DNA of 64,000 bases, taken from Massalongia carnosa. Taxonomy: Eukaryota. The first letter of the stretch is position 1; each line of letters begins with the position of its first letter. Below, in pieces: positions 21,777 through 34,804 of the stretch. The notes under the pieces are model-generated. The model saw only the letters and a list, made by a program, of their open reading frames with translations. It was not told the DNA's origin and did no database searches. The stretch covers positions 2,108,001-2,172,000 of the forward strand of contig OZ287076.1 in NCBI GenBank assembly GCA_965645245.1, written 5' to 3'. The position numbers were made by a program, and so were the translations under genes.

Positions 21777-24410
21777 TGTCACGTTCGGTAGGCAGAGGTC
21801 CTATCCATGTGGTGAACAGTGCTTTATTACGAAGTATGCTACATGATAGCTAGACAAGACGAACACGAAGAGAAAAGCATTGCTTGCTTGCAGAGATTTC
21901 CTATATGCCTCCTAAATGACACCTTAAGCTCAATGTGATTAGACTGCAGGAGCGCGGAAGAGGCAACAATCGAGCTGGTCCGTGAAACCGAGCTATACCT
22001 TAATGGTGCACCTACGGAAACTATAGATGGAAGTTCAATGAACCTTCAGGTGTTCAGTTCATACCATGACAGTAGCTCCCTCCATCAAGACCTGATTCTA
22101 CGCAGGCTAATGATGACAGTAGGTGTGAATCACTGGGGCTTACCTGGATAACGTCTGTGAAATTCCTTCACTCTAGCAGTTGCGTTGGTAACGTACTCAG
22201 CTGTCAGATAGATGATGATGGGCGAAGACCTTGCTTGCTACTACAGAAAAGGGAGATGACTATATACAGAGTGACAGGGCTGAGGGCCGAGCTCGCTTAG
22301 TAATGGCCACTTTGACACACCCCTTCGAGCGAAGGACCTTGCTGTCGGCCTCGCTGTCACCTTGACATTGAGCATCCCTTGACTGTGTAGTTTCTTCCTT
22401 GACGATGTTGTCCTGCTTTGTAGTCTCATTAAACCCACAACCAGCACTCATTCGTAGACCTCGTGGGTGGATGGGAAGAGTACTATGGATGTTTTCCTAC
22501 CGCGGACGTAGCAGATAGGGCTTTTTGCTGTTGGCCTGTACGAAGGGCTTTTTGCTGAAGATTGTTTGATTGAATCTCCTTCGCAGGCTGAGCTAGTGAG
22601 AACCCCTCGATGGGGCCGAAGTGTAGCTACTTTGTGGATGCTAAGCCATAAATGCTGGCCTGCACGAAGGGCTTTTTGATTGATCGTCTCCTTCGTAGGC
22701 TCGATGTGGTGTCATCTTCTTCTTTATCGTAATCGTCTCGTTTCTGCCCGACATCTCGCTCGTTTCTGTCTCGTGTCCCGCTCGTTTCTGCTCTATGGCT
22801 CGTTTCTGCTTCGTGTCCGACTCGTTTCCGCTTGACGTCCCCGCTCGTTGTCCCTCGATGTCAGCTCGTTTCTGCTCTGGCCCGTGTCGGCTCTGGCTTG
22901 TGTCTGCTTATTCGACCCGTATCTGCTTCGTGGTTGTATCTGGCTGATGTGATGAATAAGAAGGATGACATGGCTTACGACACAATAGCTTCCGCCAAGC
23001 TATCGTGAAGGAAGGCTTCTTTCTATCTATCAAATGAGGGTAGCGGAACGTGTACGGAACACTGCTGACCAACCGGGCTCATAACTGTCAGATAGATGAT
23101 GATGGCGAAGACCTTGCTTGCTACTACAGAAAAGGGAGATGACTATATACAGAGTGACAGGGCTGAGGGCCGAGCTCGCTTAGTAATGGCCACTTTGACA
23201 TCAGCTTACTCCCAGGTAGGATCGTTCCATCTTATCCACTGCACAAGATACTTCAGACGTTTACGCACAAGCTTGGAGTCGAGAATTTCCTCCACTTCAT
23301 ACTCTTCCTCGCCGTCGACGAGGACTGCTGGAGGAGCCGGAGGGATATGGCCAGGATGAGGATCGCGAGGGACAGGGGTCAGGAGCGAGACATGGAACAC
23401 TGCATGGATTTTCATACCGGGAGGGAGGTCGAGGCGATAGGCGTATTTGCTGACGACTTGGGATACCCTGAAGGGACCGAGCTTCTTCCAGTCTAGTTTG
23501 CGAGTAGGTCTCTGAGTACGTATGTTTTTAGCATTCAGCCATACGCCGTCTCCTACTGGAGCTGGGACTCAATGTTCATTGGCGTTTTACTCATATTTGG
23601 CTTGCGAGAACTGCATTTCTTCTTGAAGCTTTCTGCTTATTTCCTGCATTCTGATGATAAAGCTCTCAGCGTTGAGACTGGCGGGTGACGATACTTGATC
23701 CACAGGCTCGAATCCCATGCGAGGGTGGAATCCCATTTCTGCAAAGAAGGGGCTGTAGCCAGTGGTTTCCGAAGTCGTGTTATTGCCCGTGAACTCTGCC
23801 AGCGGCAACCAGTCAACCCAATCGTCCTATAAGTAGTCGGAGTACATCCGCAGATAATTTTCAATGGACGAATGAGAAGTGGCGTCTCTTGGAAAGACGG
23901 TCAACTACTACCATGATCGCATCGAAGCCCTAACTCTCGGGTAGACCGGTGACGAAGTCAACTGAAATATCCTGCCAGCGTTGTTCTGGTACATTGCAGG
24001 GGCCTGAGTACTCCCATCTTTCCTTGACGAGAGGCCTTGCTTCGGGCGCAAACATGACAGTGCTTCACATAATTAGCTATGAACTGATCTAACCGAGGCT
24101 AATAGTACTGGCGTTGCATAAGATCAAAAGTCTTCGCTCTTCCTAGGTGTCCGCCACTGGACTGTCGTGCATTATTTTACAGACTTTCATTTTCAGTGAA
24201 ATGTGAGTTCGGGACGTACATCTTCCCTCGATAATGCAGTCGACTATTGATTTCTTCGCACTCTGCCAATGAGATTTCTTTCGGGTGGCTTACTTCGTCT
24301 CGCAATAGTCCAAGAATCTTCGTCGGAAAGGGGTCGACTTGAAGGCCTTCAGTCTAGAGTTCTTCCAGAGTCCGTTCGGCCTCTTGCTCCATTTGACGAT
24401 CGTCAACTTG
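21777..24410 (-). mobile_element. 5'-truncated degenerate Gypsy chromovirus (integrase, chromodomain, 3' LTR 21777-22071)
   Basis: LPLAEF..NN, KLDWKKLGPF, HAVFHVSLL, EYEVEEILDS..YLVQW..PTWE continuing across the TRIM as AEYVTNATARVKEFHRRYPGKP; purine tract before the TGTCA..TGACA LTR; many stops. Confidence 0.85.
22202..23200 (-). mobile_element. TRIM-like non-autonomous LTR element (999 bp) inserted in the Gypsy chromodomain
   Basis: LTRs 22202-22317 and 23086-23200 differ by one G indel; TSD TCAGC; PBS-like GTTATGAGCCCGG; PPT GAAGGGGGTG; non-coding interior. Confidence 0.92.
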
Positions 24411-27400
24411 ACTAGCATTGTTGTAATTCGGCTCGGGCGAAAGGTAATGCCGGGACCGAGTAGAGGCAGGCCGCGGATAGCCGACGAAGGACAGGAAGGG
24501 AAGAAAAAAGCTTAAATAGGTGGCCTTTTGGCACCATTGATTCGGAGTTCAGCACCAAAAGGTCTTTTGAAAGTCTTTCCCGAATTAAAAACATCTATCA
24601 ATTACTCACCCCCAATCCCATCATTCCAAATCACCTCCACCTCTCATTCTATATTACCCTCCACACTGAGTCCATCATGCCTTTCCATCGCCCTCAAAGA
24701 ATCATCAAGCCCTTCGTCCACTTCGAAAACACCTCCGGGCCCGGTCAACGTTTCAGTCGTTCCACCCGATCCCCTAGAAGAGGGGTCATAGTTTCAGAAA
24801 CACAGCCTCCTTCGAACACTCAAGGTTCGGAGGGAACACTTCGGGACGATGTGATAGACGTTCATCGAACATCGAATCAATCCCGGACCTGCTGTTGGAT
24901 CTCAGGGCTCAGCAGGAGGCCACAAGGAGACCCGTCACCTTCAAAAACAAATCGCCGACAACTTGGCGGCCATTCAGCGCATAAGGGAGGGAAACACAGT
25001 CCCCGACGGAGACATCAAGGGACTACCCCACTTAGTTCGCTGCCTCGGGGTGTATTGGCAGGTCTTGCTTCATTTGGCTTCATCCGGAATAAAAGACAGT
25101 CTTTGTATGGCCTTTCAAATCTATCAGGACCGCTTGTTGTTACATTACACCACCTACACCTGAGAGTCAGTACGAGTGTTTCATATAATCTTCTACAGGG
25201 GTCGAGTGTACCAGGGAGTGAACGACCCGGCCGGATGGAGGAGAATCGACACTATCATCGAAAACATGTATCTTACTCGACGGACACCTAACTTGTTCAT
25301 GACGGGAGGTATCACCAAACAGCACCCGGGATCACTCCCGGTAGGCGGCTCCACTGAATCAAAGCCCATGTCCTGCAATCGATACAACGCAGGGCGGGAA
25401 TACAAGGACTGCAGGTATCCTCACGTCTACAGTCTCTGTTTCGGCCAGCACACGAAAAACAACTGCCTCAAGGCACATATCAGCAACCCAAATTTCATGT
25501 CAACGGGTAGACGAGATTGACTAGCCGGCCCATTTGATCATATCGCCGAAGGGTTCCCCTATCCGCTGATAGATAAACCAGCAATCGTACCCTCAGGGCC
25601 TCTAAGAAAAGAAGGCTGGGAACTTCACCTCATGGGTCATCCGGAAAAAAAAATTAAAAACAGACCATTCACGATATAATCATGCACGTGGCCAAAATTG
25701 AATACACCGGCCCAGATCAGTTCATTCTAAGCAACAACCTAGCCTCGGCCAACGCGGCCCCAGAAATTCTGACCATGGACGTAGAGGACCAGAGGGCCAA
25801 GAACCGATTGATCGAGGTACTCACCCTACCAGCCAGATATATATGCTCCCTCTTAGGCCTGGTCCCCAAAGTAAACGGAGGATGGCGCCGTATTCATCAC
25901 CTCTCCCACCCCGAGGGTAATTCGGTGAACGACTTCATTCCCGAAGAATGGGGCGCTCTGGAATATATCACTTTCGACGAAGCCCTCGCCGGCGTCAGAA
26001 GAATGGGCAAGGACTGCGTACTGATCAAACGAGATCCAGCCGATGCCTTTCGCCACGTTCCAGTGGCGTAAAGCGAGTGGTGGTTGCTGGGTTTTTGTTG
26101 AAAAGGGGTTTACTGGATGGAACGCTTTCTTCCATTCGGCCTCAGGACGTCTCCCTTCTTGTTTGACATATTCGCGAAAGGTCTGAACTGGATGATGATT
26201 AATTGTTCAGACCTCGGCCTAAAAATCAACGATAAGAAAATAAACAAGGCACGGTAGTCGAATTCCTGGGTTTCGAGCTGGAAACACACCTCATGCAGGC
26301 ACGACTACCGGCCGAAAAGCTTCAGAAAGCTGAGGATCTCGTCCAAGCAACATTGAATAAATTCACGATAACCAGAAACAAGCTAGACACTCTTGCGGAC
26401 TTCGGAATCGGGGAATACATACTCTTAGATGGTCAGACCACACACACACTGCCCGCTGAGCAAGTAATGTCTGAACGATACACCACTAGGCTCAGAGCCA
26501 AATATATCAATGAGAAGGAGATGACAGCGATCCTGCACGCCATACTGCGGTGGCTCCCCCTATGCAAGGGAGCCCATCTTCTTTATTGCGACAGCTTTGC
26601 TGTAATGTACGGGGTCAAAAAGACCTCCATTCGGGGAGGAGCCATGCACCCTCTTCGGAATATCGCCATGATGGCGGCTGTAAATGACATTGAAATCGAG
26701 CGACACTGGCTGTCGACCAAAGAAAACTTCTTAGCAGATTGGTTGTCACGAGGACTATTTGGGAAAATCGCTGACAATTACCCCAAACTGCAGGGCATTT
26801 CATCGGACAAATAACGGCGACACACGCCCGCGACCCTCCAGAAACATGGTACAATGAGGTCCCGCTGGATCGTCGGGCAGCCAGATATCTATGGTGGGGC
26901 ATAGCAATTAGGACTCGAGGACTATACGATGCAGCCCGAAAAAGCTACACGACCCACTGTCAGCTGGCGACGAATTTCCCCACCTTTCCAGCAACAATTC
27001 GAAGTCTTTCGGCGTGGATAGCCGCTCTAGGCCAACGGGGACTCCGTCCCAAAACTATCGAAAACTATCTAGCTGGGGCGCGATCAAGTCAATTGGACAT
27101 GGGCCTAGGGGACCTGGAGGTTTTCCATCATCCAGTCCTAGACAGGATGATAGCAGGAATAAAACGGATGCACGGTGAACCCGAAAACGAGAAAGACTAC
27201 CAATCACACGCGACGTTCTGATAAAATTGCTACGAAAATTAGACACTACTAACGAGGTCCAAGCAACACTCCATGCGGCATATAGCATCACATTCGCCGC
27301 CTTCTTAAGAGCGGGAGAATTTACTTACAAACAAGGAGACATGCAAGACCCCAGCTTCGATTCATGGCATTTAACCAGGAAATCCGTGGACCTACGAGAA

Positions 27401-27970
27401 GATCGAATGATTCTCTCCTTACCATCATCGAAAACGGACCCTTTTCGAAGAGGTAGAAAAATTTACATCGCAGCAACAAACGACGAAGCATGCTCGGTCG
27501 CCTCCACCCGGAACTTGTTACCCGGTTCCCGAAATCAGCATCGTCCCCGCTGTTCTAGGTTCAAAACAAGGCCTTCACCCGTGATTATTTGGTGCAGGCC
27601 CTGCGAAACGGTCTCCGAGCGATTGGAGTTCGGGGTAATTATTCGGGTCATTCGTTTCGACGTGGGGCAGCAACAACGGCCAAGGACTCGGACTTGCTGG
27701 AATAAGATATTCAAACCTTGGGCCGATGGAAATCGGACTCGTATCAGCTATACATCCAACACCCGGACCAGCTAATAGCGATTTCCCTTCGTTTTCAACG
27801 ACCCCCCCCCGTCATGTTTCGAACAGCACCACCATAGGTGGGCCATTCCCTGGTTTGGGTTTGGGAGTTTTCCCCTCATCGCTGCCATAATAAAGCCATT
27901 ATAGGCGGGGCCCTCAGCAAAACTGAGCGCCAGCATGGCAGCAGCGAGGGGGAGTTGCCCAAACATAGAT
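24411..27970 (+). mobile_element. Degenerate tyrosine-recombinase retrotransposon (DIRS/Ngaro-like): Gag-like, RT, RNase H, YR
   Basis: GLVPK..WRRIHHLSHP..SVNDFI, DAFRHVPV, LPFGLRTSPFLF; RNase H INEKEM..YCD..NFLADWLSR; YR FAAFLRAGEF, SKTDPF, YSGHSFRRGAAT, LGRWKSDSYQLYI; stops and frameshifts; boundaries approximate. Confidence 0.88.
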
Positions 27971-28015
27971 AGTAATTATATGATGTTCTGACGATACGAT
28001 GGAGCCCGCGAACTA

Positions 28016-29500
28016 CGCCTAAAACAATCCCCTCGTGTATGGTACCAGATCCTGCAGGATTTTCTGCAAAATATGGGGTTTAAACGAACATATTCGGATC
28101 ATGGAGTTTATGTATCGGACGATATGTTTATAGCGATTTACGTTGACGACCTCGTCATCTTCGGAAAAGATACTTCAAAATTGCAGCAATTGCAACACGA
28201 ATTGAAGTTCCGTTTCCGCATGACGGACTTGGGAGAAGTCTCTCATTATCCGGGAATCGAAGTCGACGTCAACATCGATAAATCGGTTATAACTCTTCGA
28301 CAAACAACTTACCTGAAGTAGGTGCTGCAGCGATTTAATATGATCGACTGCAGGCCCATTTCCACCCCCATGGACCCCGGTGCCGGAAACACACTCATGC
28401 CGTCGGAAGACCAGGCCGACAAGAAAACAATTACCTGGTACCAGTCGGTGGTGGGCTTGCTGATGTGGCCAGCCATGCATACACGTCCCGACATCGCCTA
28501 TGCAGTGGGAGTCCTGAGCCGATATTGTTTGAACCCAGGCCCACTTTATTGTAAATACCTCCAGCGAATTATGCGCTATATTTCCAGTACCTTAAACGAA
28601 GGCCTCGTGTTCAGAAGAGACACCGAGGATGACATTGTAGGGAACTCGGACTCCGATTATGCTGGAACAAAAGATGGGAGAAAATCGACCGGGGCCTATA
28701 CGTTTTTGTTAGCAGTCGCCCCAATTTCTCACTGTTCCAAGCTACAACCTACCGTCGCCCTATCCACCTGCGAGGCCGAATATATGGCCCTGACGGAAGC
28801 AGCTAAAGAGGCCATTTGGTGCGCGCGATTTCTGGCCGAGTTAGGATATCGGAAGAAGAACACCCCTGTCCTACTTCGAGGGGACAATCATGTTGATTCA
28901 TACTGTCTTGGCGTTATTTGCTTTTGCCACTATACCAAGGTCAATTTAGTTATAGAGCTTCAAGCGCAGCATATCAATCAGCCTTTTCATTAATTCAGTG
29001 CAGCTCCCTCAGCCCCTTTTATATCAACAAATCAAGGGTCAATTGCATTGGCTGAAAACCCTGAATTCCACCGTCGAACCAAGCACACTGAAATCAAATG
29101 GCATTGGATCGGGGAGGTGGTTGAATTGGGAACGGTAAGCATCAAGTTTATCCCTACCACAGAGATGGTGGCAGATGGGCTTACAAAGCCGCTGGTCGCT
29201 AAACCCTTTGAGGACTTTAAGTCAATGCTTGGCATGGGCTAAACCCAAAGAGGCAAAATATACGGATAGCCTCAATCCATCAATATGGGCATCCATCATG
29301 AGCTCCGGGAGGTGCCTGGCAAAGTGCCTAAACAAGCAGATATGGAAGCCAAGGTCTGACCGTCAGGGTGCCTAAACAAGCAGATATGGGGTGACAAGGT
29401 CTGACCGTTTAGGCTCCAAGATGTGACAGTTTTGTGACTGCTATATAAAGCAGACAAATAGCCCACATAGGTCAATGACAATCATGCTATTATACCTACA
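28016..29500 (+). mobile_element. Ty1/Copia 3' remnant (RT, RNase H) with LTR-like tail
   Basis: LKQSPRVW, IYVDD, TRPDI, RKST, STCEAEY, RTKHTEIKWH, MVADGLTKPL; 29270-29500 resembles the solo LTR at 20540-20740. Confidence 0.88.
28891..29029. mobile_element. 139-bp solo LTR inserted in the Copia RNase H
   Basis: TGTTGAT..ATCAACA with TSD AATCA; removal restores GDNQGSIALAENP. Confidence 0.88.
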
Positions 29501-32500
29501 AAGTGAATCTGAAGATGGGTCTGGAATTAGCTTACGTCAATTGCAGTATAATTTCATAGTACGTTCCTATCCACTTCTCTTAGAAAGGCTGTAATTCTTT
29601 TGTTGAGGGATTTACACTGTCGACAAAATAGATTGAAAGCACACCAATATGTTAGGGCGGCTCAAGCACGGAGATAGGGTCATCATTTAATCTATAATCA
29701 TACATTATGAGTATTTTATAGGATTTTAAATAAAGCTCGAAAAAAAAACCATTGATTATATGTAGGCAAGGTCTCTGTTGCGAGATGGCGGCCATTATAA
29801 TCAGCAATATCTCGAGAGCGAAGCGTAACTTCTTTGATGATGCTTTAAGGAGCTGCAACGAGTCTCTTGATCTGTGCAAAATCCTGCAATTGAGCTTCTG
29901 GGGAACCAGCCCTGGGGAGGATCGGATTTTGGGGGCTATGCGCGGGCGGCGACTTCCGGGGTCAATTCCAGAAGCAAGGATAGATAGGGCTGCCGAAGTT
30001 TCGATTCGTAAAAATAACTTTCTTTCATGGCTGCCCCTCATTGCCTTTACGCCAATCGAGAGATGCCTTATACAAACACGTTTTCTTCAGTGAAGTTCCT
30101 CTTTATCAACAGACGTTCCTTTTTACTAAATTTGGTCGCTGGACTGTGCAAACAATCGCTAGACTTGCAAAAAGCAACAGCTGAATTCAAAGAACATTTT
30201 ACCATTATTTGCTGCGGTCACTGTCTAGTCTTGAAGAGCTACCTGTTTGTTGAACACGACTAAGTCAGTTAGTTTAAAGGCACGTCAGTCTCTCACTTTG
30301 TTGGATGACACCAATTTGAGCTGGCTGAAAAGGCAGCCACGAGCGATCACGCTTGTAGTTATATTACAATACTGCCTTTCGAGTTAAGATATTTGATTGT
30401 CTACTCTGGCCACGATCCTACTTTTTATTCTCAACCCTTGTCACTCAAGATGTCAGACGACCACACATTTCAGAGAAGCCATACTCCTGACTTGTATTCA
30501 TTGAGTCAAAGCACGCAAGCCATGGCTAAAAAGATCAAAAGGATTAGGATACAATATTGTGAGGACGATGAGCTGATTAATGAGTATAAGAAAGAAGTAT
30601 CATAGTTCAAAAGCTCATGATGATAGAGTAACTAGATGATGATGATGATTGATTCTTGTACCGATCTGACACCGGCCGAAGGCCGGCTTATGCGGGCTAT
30701 CTACTATTCTTACAGGGAAAACCTTTTAGAGGGATAAAAACCATGCAGACTGCGCCATTATCCCAAACGTGTTCCGTTTCTGGACTGCATTCTTCGCTCG
30801 ATGTTCTGTGAAATCCTTGACAAAATGAGATATCAAGCTGGTTATCACTTAGATATGCGTAAGCTTTCCAGCTTATTTGTTAGGTAGGTTTACGTTCTAA
30901 AGAGACTCGTTTTGGATTTGATAAATTGATCTGGTTTATTTAGGATGGTTGTTGATGATAGAAATCATCTCTAGCTAAATATCTATTTTATCTTATCCCA
31001 TCACCTTTTGTGCGTACTCGGTAGCCAGCCATTCACTAAGTGCAACAATTGCTAACCGAGTGACACTTCTATTAGTGGTGATATTGGCAGGCCACCTACC
31101 AATTAGTGTGGTCTAATCGGTTAACATGAGAGTTATCACTCGTATAACAGTTGCGATGCTAGTGAAAATTGGGTCAGCAAATTTGCTTTTATTATCCATG
31201 TGGTTAGTTTTTTCAATATGTTCGACGAGTTCATAATCGTTCGATAGTCGTTGGTGCCTATTTGTTTTAGCACTTCGTATCTGCCGTCGATTAGCCTGCA
31301 ATGTAGAATGATGTGTTTGGCTATCTGCTTCTGCCATCCGCACGAGCAGGCCGGGGTCATAACGCCCGGTACCCGATGATTGAACAGGAAGTTTGCCAAG
31401 CCTATTTTTTTCGGTGCGGATTTGCGTGGTTAGCGCGCTTTCCACTTTCATCAGGTTGTTGTGAATCTTCAGTCTCGTCCTACTGAGAGATCCCAACTGT
31501 GCCTCTGTCGGGCGGGGAATGCGGTTCTGGTACGTCTTCCATTTGGAGTCCCAGCGTTCCTTGATGCGTTCTGTGGTGACCTTTGTGTGTTTCTCTATGG
31601 TATGGCGTGTCGTGGTGCATTTTTCGAGGTGCGCCGGGTCAGGTGTGGATCAGGGCGGGGGCGATGGGGGCATTGTGACTGGTGCCTCGTTATTCAATAT
31701 TTTGCTGGCCCATTCGTATTTCAACTCTCCTGGGGTGAGTTGTTGCGTCCTTTTGCGTCCTGCCTTACCCCGTAGCTTGTTCGCTATTGTATTGCAGGCT
31801 TTGGAAATCAGTTTCGCCTGCCCTGCGGCCAGTAGACGATACCTTGCTTTTATCTGTAGATTGTCTAGATGCAACTTCATGGGGGCGATGAACGTTTCCG
31901 CTTCAAGAACTTCGACGGGTGTTGCCTTGAACGCCCCTGTCACGGTGCGTAAGCATTTGTTCTGCATGATGATGAGTTTGGACGTCGTGGCCTTGTTTTT
32001 CTTGATTTCCCTGGGTGTGTGCCACACGGTGCTTCCATAAGTCATTGCCGGGCGAACGACGGCGGTGTAAACCTGCCGGGCCTTCGCGAAAGAAGCTCCC
32101 CAGATGGATGTCGAAATTTTTGTGAGCGCCAGCGACTGCGACGTCATCTTTTCCTGTGTTTTCCGTATGTGGGCTCCCTATTTCAATTTGGTGTCGATTT
32201 GGAGGCCTAGAACTCGTATGTCCGTTTTCGGTTCTATTAGGTTGTTTTCCATTTGAATAGTAGCCAACATGTCGAATTTCTTTGGATTTCTGGACAAATG
32301 AATGAGCTCATACTTATCCGATGCAAATACGGACCCGTGGCGTGCCGCCCATAGTTCGCATTTTCTGTGAATTCTTTCGAGGGTTGTGCAGTTTTCTTCC
32401 GTGCTCTTGCCGTATGCCAACACATTTACGTCGTCTACAAATCCTAGCGCGCTGGTGTTTGTGCCGGGTCTCTCGCATATCTCTAAATGTCCGCATTGTA

Positions 32501-33465
32501 GAACAGGTAGAGAATAGGTGAAATGGGTGAGCGTTGAGGAATGCCCGTGAACTCCTCGGTTACTCGCCGGTTTATCGTTAGCGTGGTTCTTCTTTCCTTC
32601 AGAAAGCTTGCCGTCCAGTCTGTGATCCATTTCGGGATTTTCCTTTTTCGCAGATTGTGTATCAGCCTGCGATGAGACACTGTGTCGAATGCGCCTGCTA
32701 CATCCATGCTGAGGAGAGTTGCCACCTTGTTGTTGCCTTGTCCCCATACAGTGTGTACCTGTTCGGTGAGGAGTTCGAGCGCAGACTCGGTAGATCGGCC
32801 ACGCCGAGCGCCCATTTGTGTGTCCGGCAGGAGCCGGTGCTGTTCCGCTATATGAGTGATCTTCCTTGCGATGACTGCTTCTAATACCTTACCCATTGTG
32901 TTCAGTAAAGCTATGGGTCTGTATGCCTTTGAACTGGTATTGTATTTCTTTCCCGGTTTTCTGAGCGCGATCGTGTTTGCTCTTTTGAACTCGCGGGGAT
33001 GATACGCATGCGTGACGCAATCCTGAAATAAAGGGGTTAGCAACTCTGCTAGCTTTGTGGAGCATGCCTTGAGAATTCTGTTGGTGGTCCCGTCAGGGCC
33101 TGGAGCCTTGTCGGACTTAAGACGTTGTATGTTTGCGATCACTTCGTCATTTGTGATTGTCATGGGGCAATCCGCGGCGGCGGGGTAGAATGACCCGGGT
33201 ATGTCGCTCAAGTCAGCCGGCGGGGGGGGGGAAGAATTTGGCTTTCAGCATTTCCGCTTTTTCTTCGAACGTCTCCGCTGTTTGCCCTTCGTGCCTCAAT
33301 GGCGGCATTTTCGGTATCTTGCGGGGCTTCTGACTCTTGTTTTTTGCCCATCTTGCTAGCTTCCATATGCCCAACGGCGACTCGGTGGCTTTGCTTATCT
33401 CTTTACGAAATGAGAGCGTTTTTGCTTTTTGGATTATCTTTTGCTTCTTGTCGTTGGACTTCATA

Positions 33466-34804
33466 CAGTACTAGGTCAAAAGTTTCCGACAGCCCCCCAT
33501 CAACTTTTTACCCCCCCCACTGCTTTGAATTATCAACCACCAAGTTTTTATTTTGATGCCTTGAAACTTCGTACGATGATTACATATATTCTAGCAACGA
33601 GTTTGGGCTGAGAAATATATTTTTAATATTTCGTATACCATCCTTTCGATTGGATGCAAGCTTCAATCCTCCTTTCCATGCTCACTATTAAACTTCTCAA
33701 CATTTCCTCATCTATCAAGGCCCATGCTTCTTCCAACGCTTTCCAAAGTACCTCGTGGACCTTATCATCACTACTAGTCACCGATTCGATGTCCGGATTG
33801 ACTTGATAAACGAGCTGTTTGAGCACATACCAAACGTGCTCGATGGGATTCAAATTAGGAGAATAAGGAGGCCAATCGATGATTGTTATACCGTTTTCAT
33901 CGAACCATTTCTTCACCTTTTTGGCAGTATGAATCAGTGCATTATCCTGCATGAAAATGAGGCCCGGTTCCCAAAGTCCAAGCAGATTATCGTTCAATAA
34001 TTCCAAATATGAATTCGCGGAGTACCCCATCTTCTTTGCTTCGAAATCGCGGGCCAATTTGTAAAGATCTGACCTTTCTCTCCTCCAAAAAGCTCCCCAT
34101 ACCATAACCTTGACCTCCTTGCCTTTGGCGTACGGTTGTATCATAGGTTTTTTCCATTTTTCCTCCGGAAATCTGAACATCCATTGACGCTGTTTTCCTG
34201 ACCCCTTTTCCACCGAACACTCGTCTGACCATATAATTTTTGACCATTGCTCAGAAGTCCACTCACGCCGAAGCAAGCACCATTCCAATCTCCTCTTTGC
34301 CACCTCGGGCGTCAATAAAGGCCGCTTTTTAGCCAGCCAGTTTGTTAGACCGTAATCTTTGAGCGTCCGATAGAGAGTGGATCGACTGCATTGCACCCCG
34401 GCCTCCGTACGCAGCTGCGCATAGGTGATGCGAGGATTGATTCGTGCAAATTTGATGGTACGTCTTCTATCGCGATCCGAAAATATTCCAGGCCGACCCG
34501 ATCGCGATTTGGACTTTTCGTTGTTGCGTTCTGGGTGCTTTTGAAGAGTGTAAATGACGGTGGTTCGAGGCACATTTAATGTCTTTGCAATTTCGGCCGG
34601 TGCATGCCCCAACGTCTGGGCTCCAATAATCATTCCTCTTTGAAATTGATTCAATTCGGTATTACGAGGCTCATTACCAGAAATTGAAGCCAACGTAGTG
34701 CGTGGCATGGTGAAATGATGAGGTCAAAGTTGATGGGTTGGAGGGGTTGAAACGCGAAATCAAGAAAATCGCGGGTAGAGTCGGAAACTTTTGGCATGGG
34801 ACTG
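33466..34804 (-). mobile_element. Tc1/mariner (DD34E) DNA transposon, 1339 bp, inside LINE A ORF2
   Basis: 25-bp imperfect TIRs (CAGTACTAGGTCAAAAGTTTCCGAC vs CAGTCCCATGCCAAAAGTTTCCGAC, 4 mismatches), TA TSD (33464-65 / 34805-06); removal restores DWKAYMKSNDKK. Confidence 0.96.
33623..34708 (-). CDS. Tc1-like transposase, 361 aa, open
   Basis: N-terminal HTH and RSGRP; IWSDE, FMQDNA, SPNLNPIE with 34 residues between D and E. Confidence 0.95.
   Translation of the reverse strand: MPRTTLASISGNEPRNTELNQFQRGMIIGAQTLGHAPAEIAKTLNVPRTTVIYTLQKHPERNNEKSKSRSGRPGIFSDRDRRRTIKFARINPRITYAQLRTEAGVQCSRSTLYRTLKDYGLTNWLAKKRPLLTPEVAKRRLEWCLLRREWTSEQWSKIIWSDECSVEKGSGKQRQWMFRFPEEKWKKPMIQPYAKGKEVKVMVWGAFWRRERSDLYKLARDFEAKKMGYSANSYLELLNDNLLGLWEPGLIFMQDNALIHTAKKVKKWFDENGITIIDWPPYSPNLNPIEHVWYVLKQLVYQVNPDIESVTSSDDKVHEVLWKALEEAWALIDEEMLRSLIVSMERRIEACIQSKGWYTKY

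Noticed and set aside
27055..27775. Starship captain or Crypton tyrosine recombinase
   Set aside because: Directly follows RT and RNase H in the DIRS/Ngaro arrangement; no DUF3435-type gene seen.
29650..30270. Possible degenerate transposase or gene fragment
   Set aside because: No motif I can recognise with confidence.
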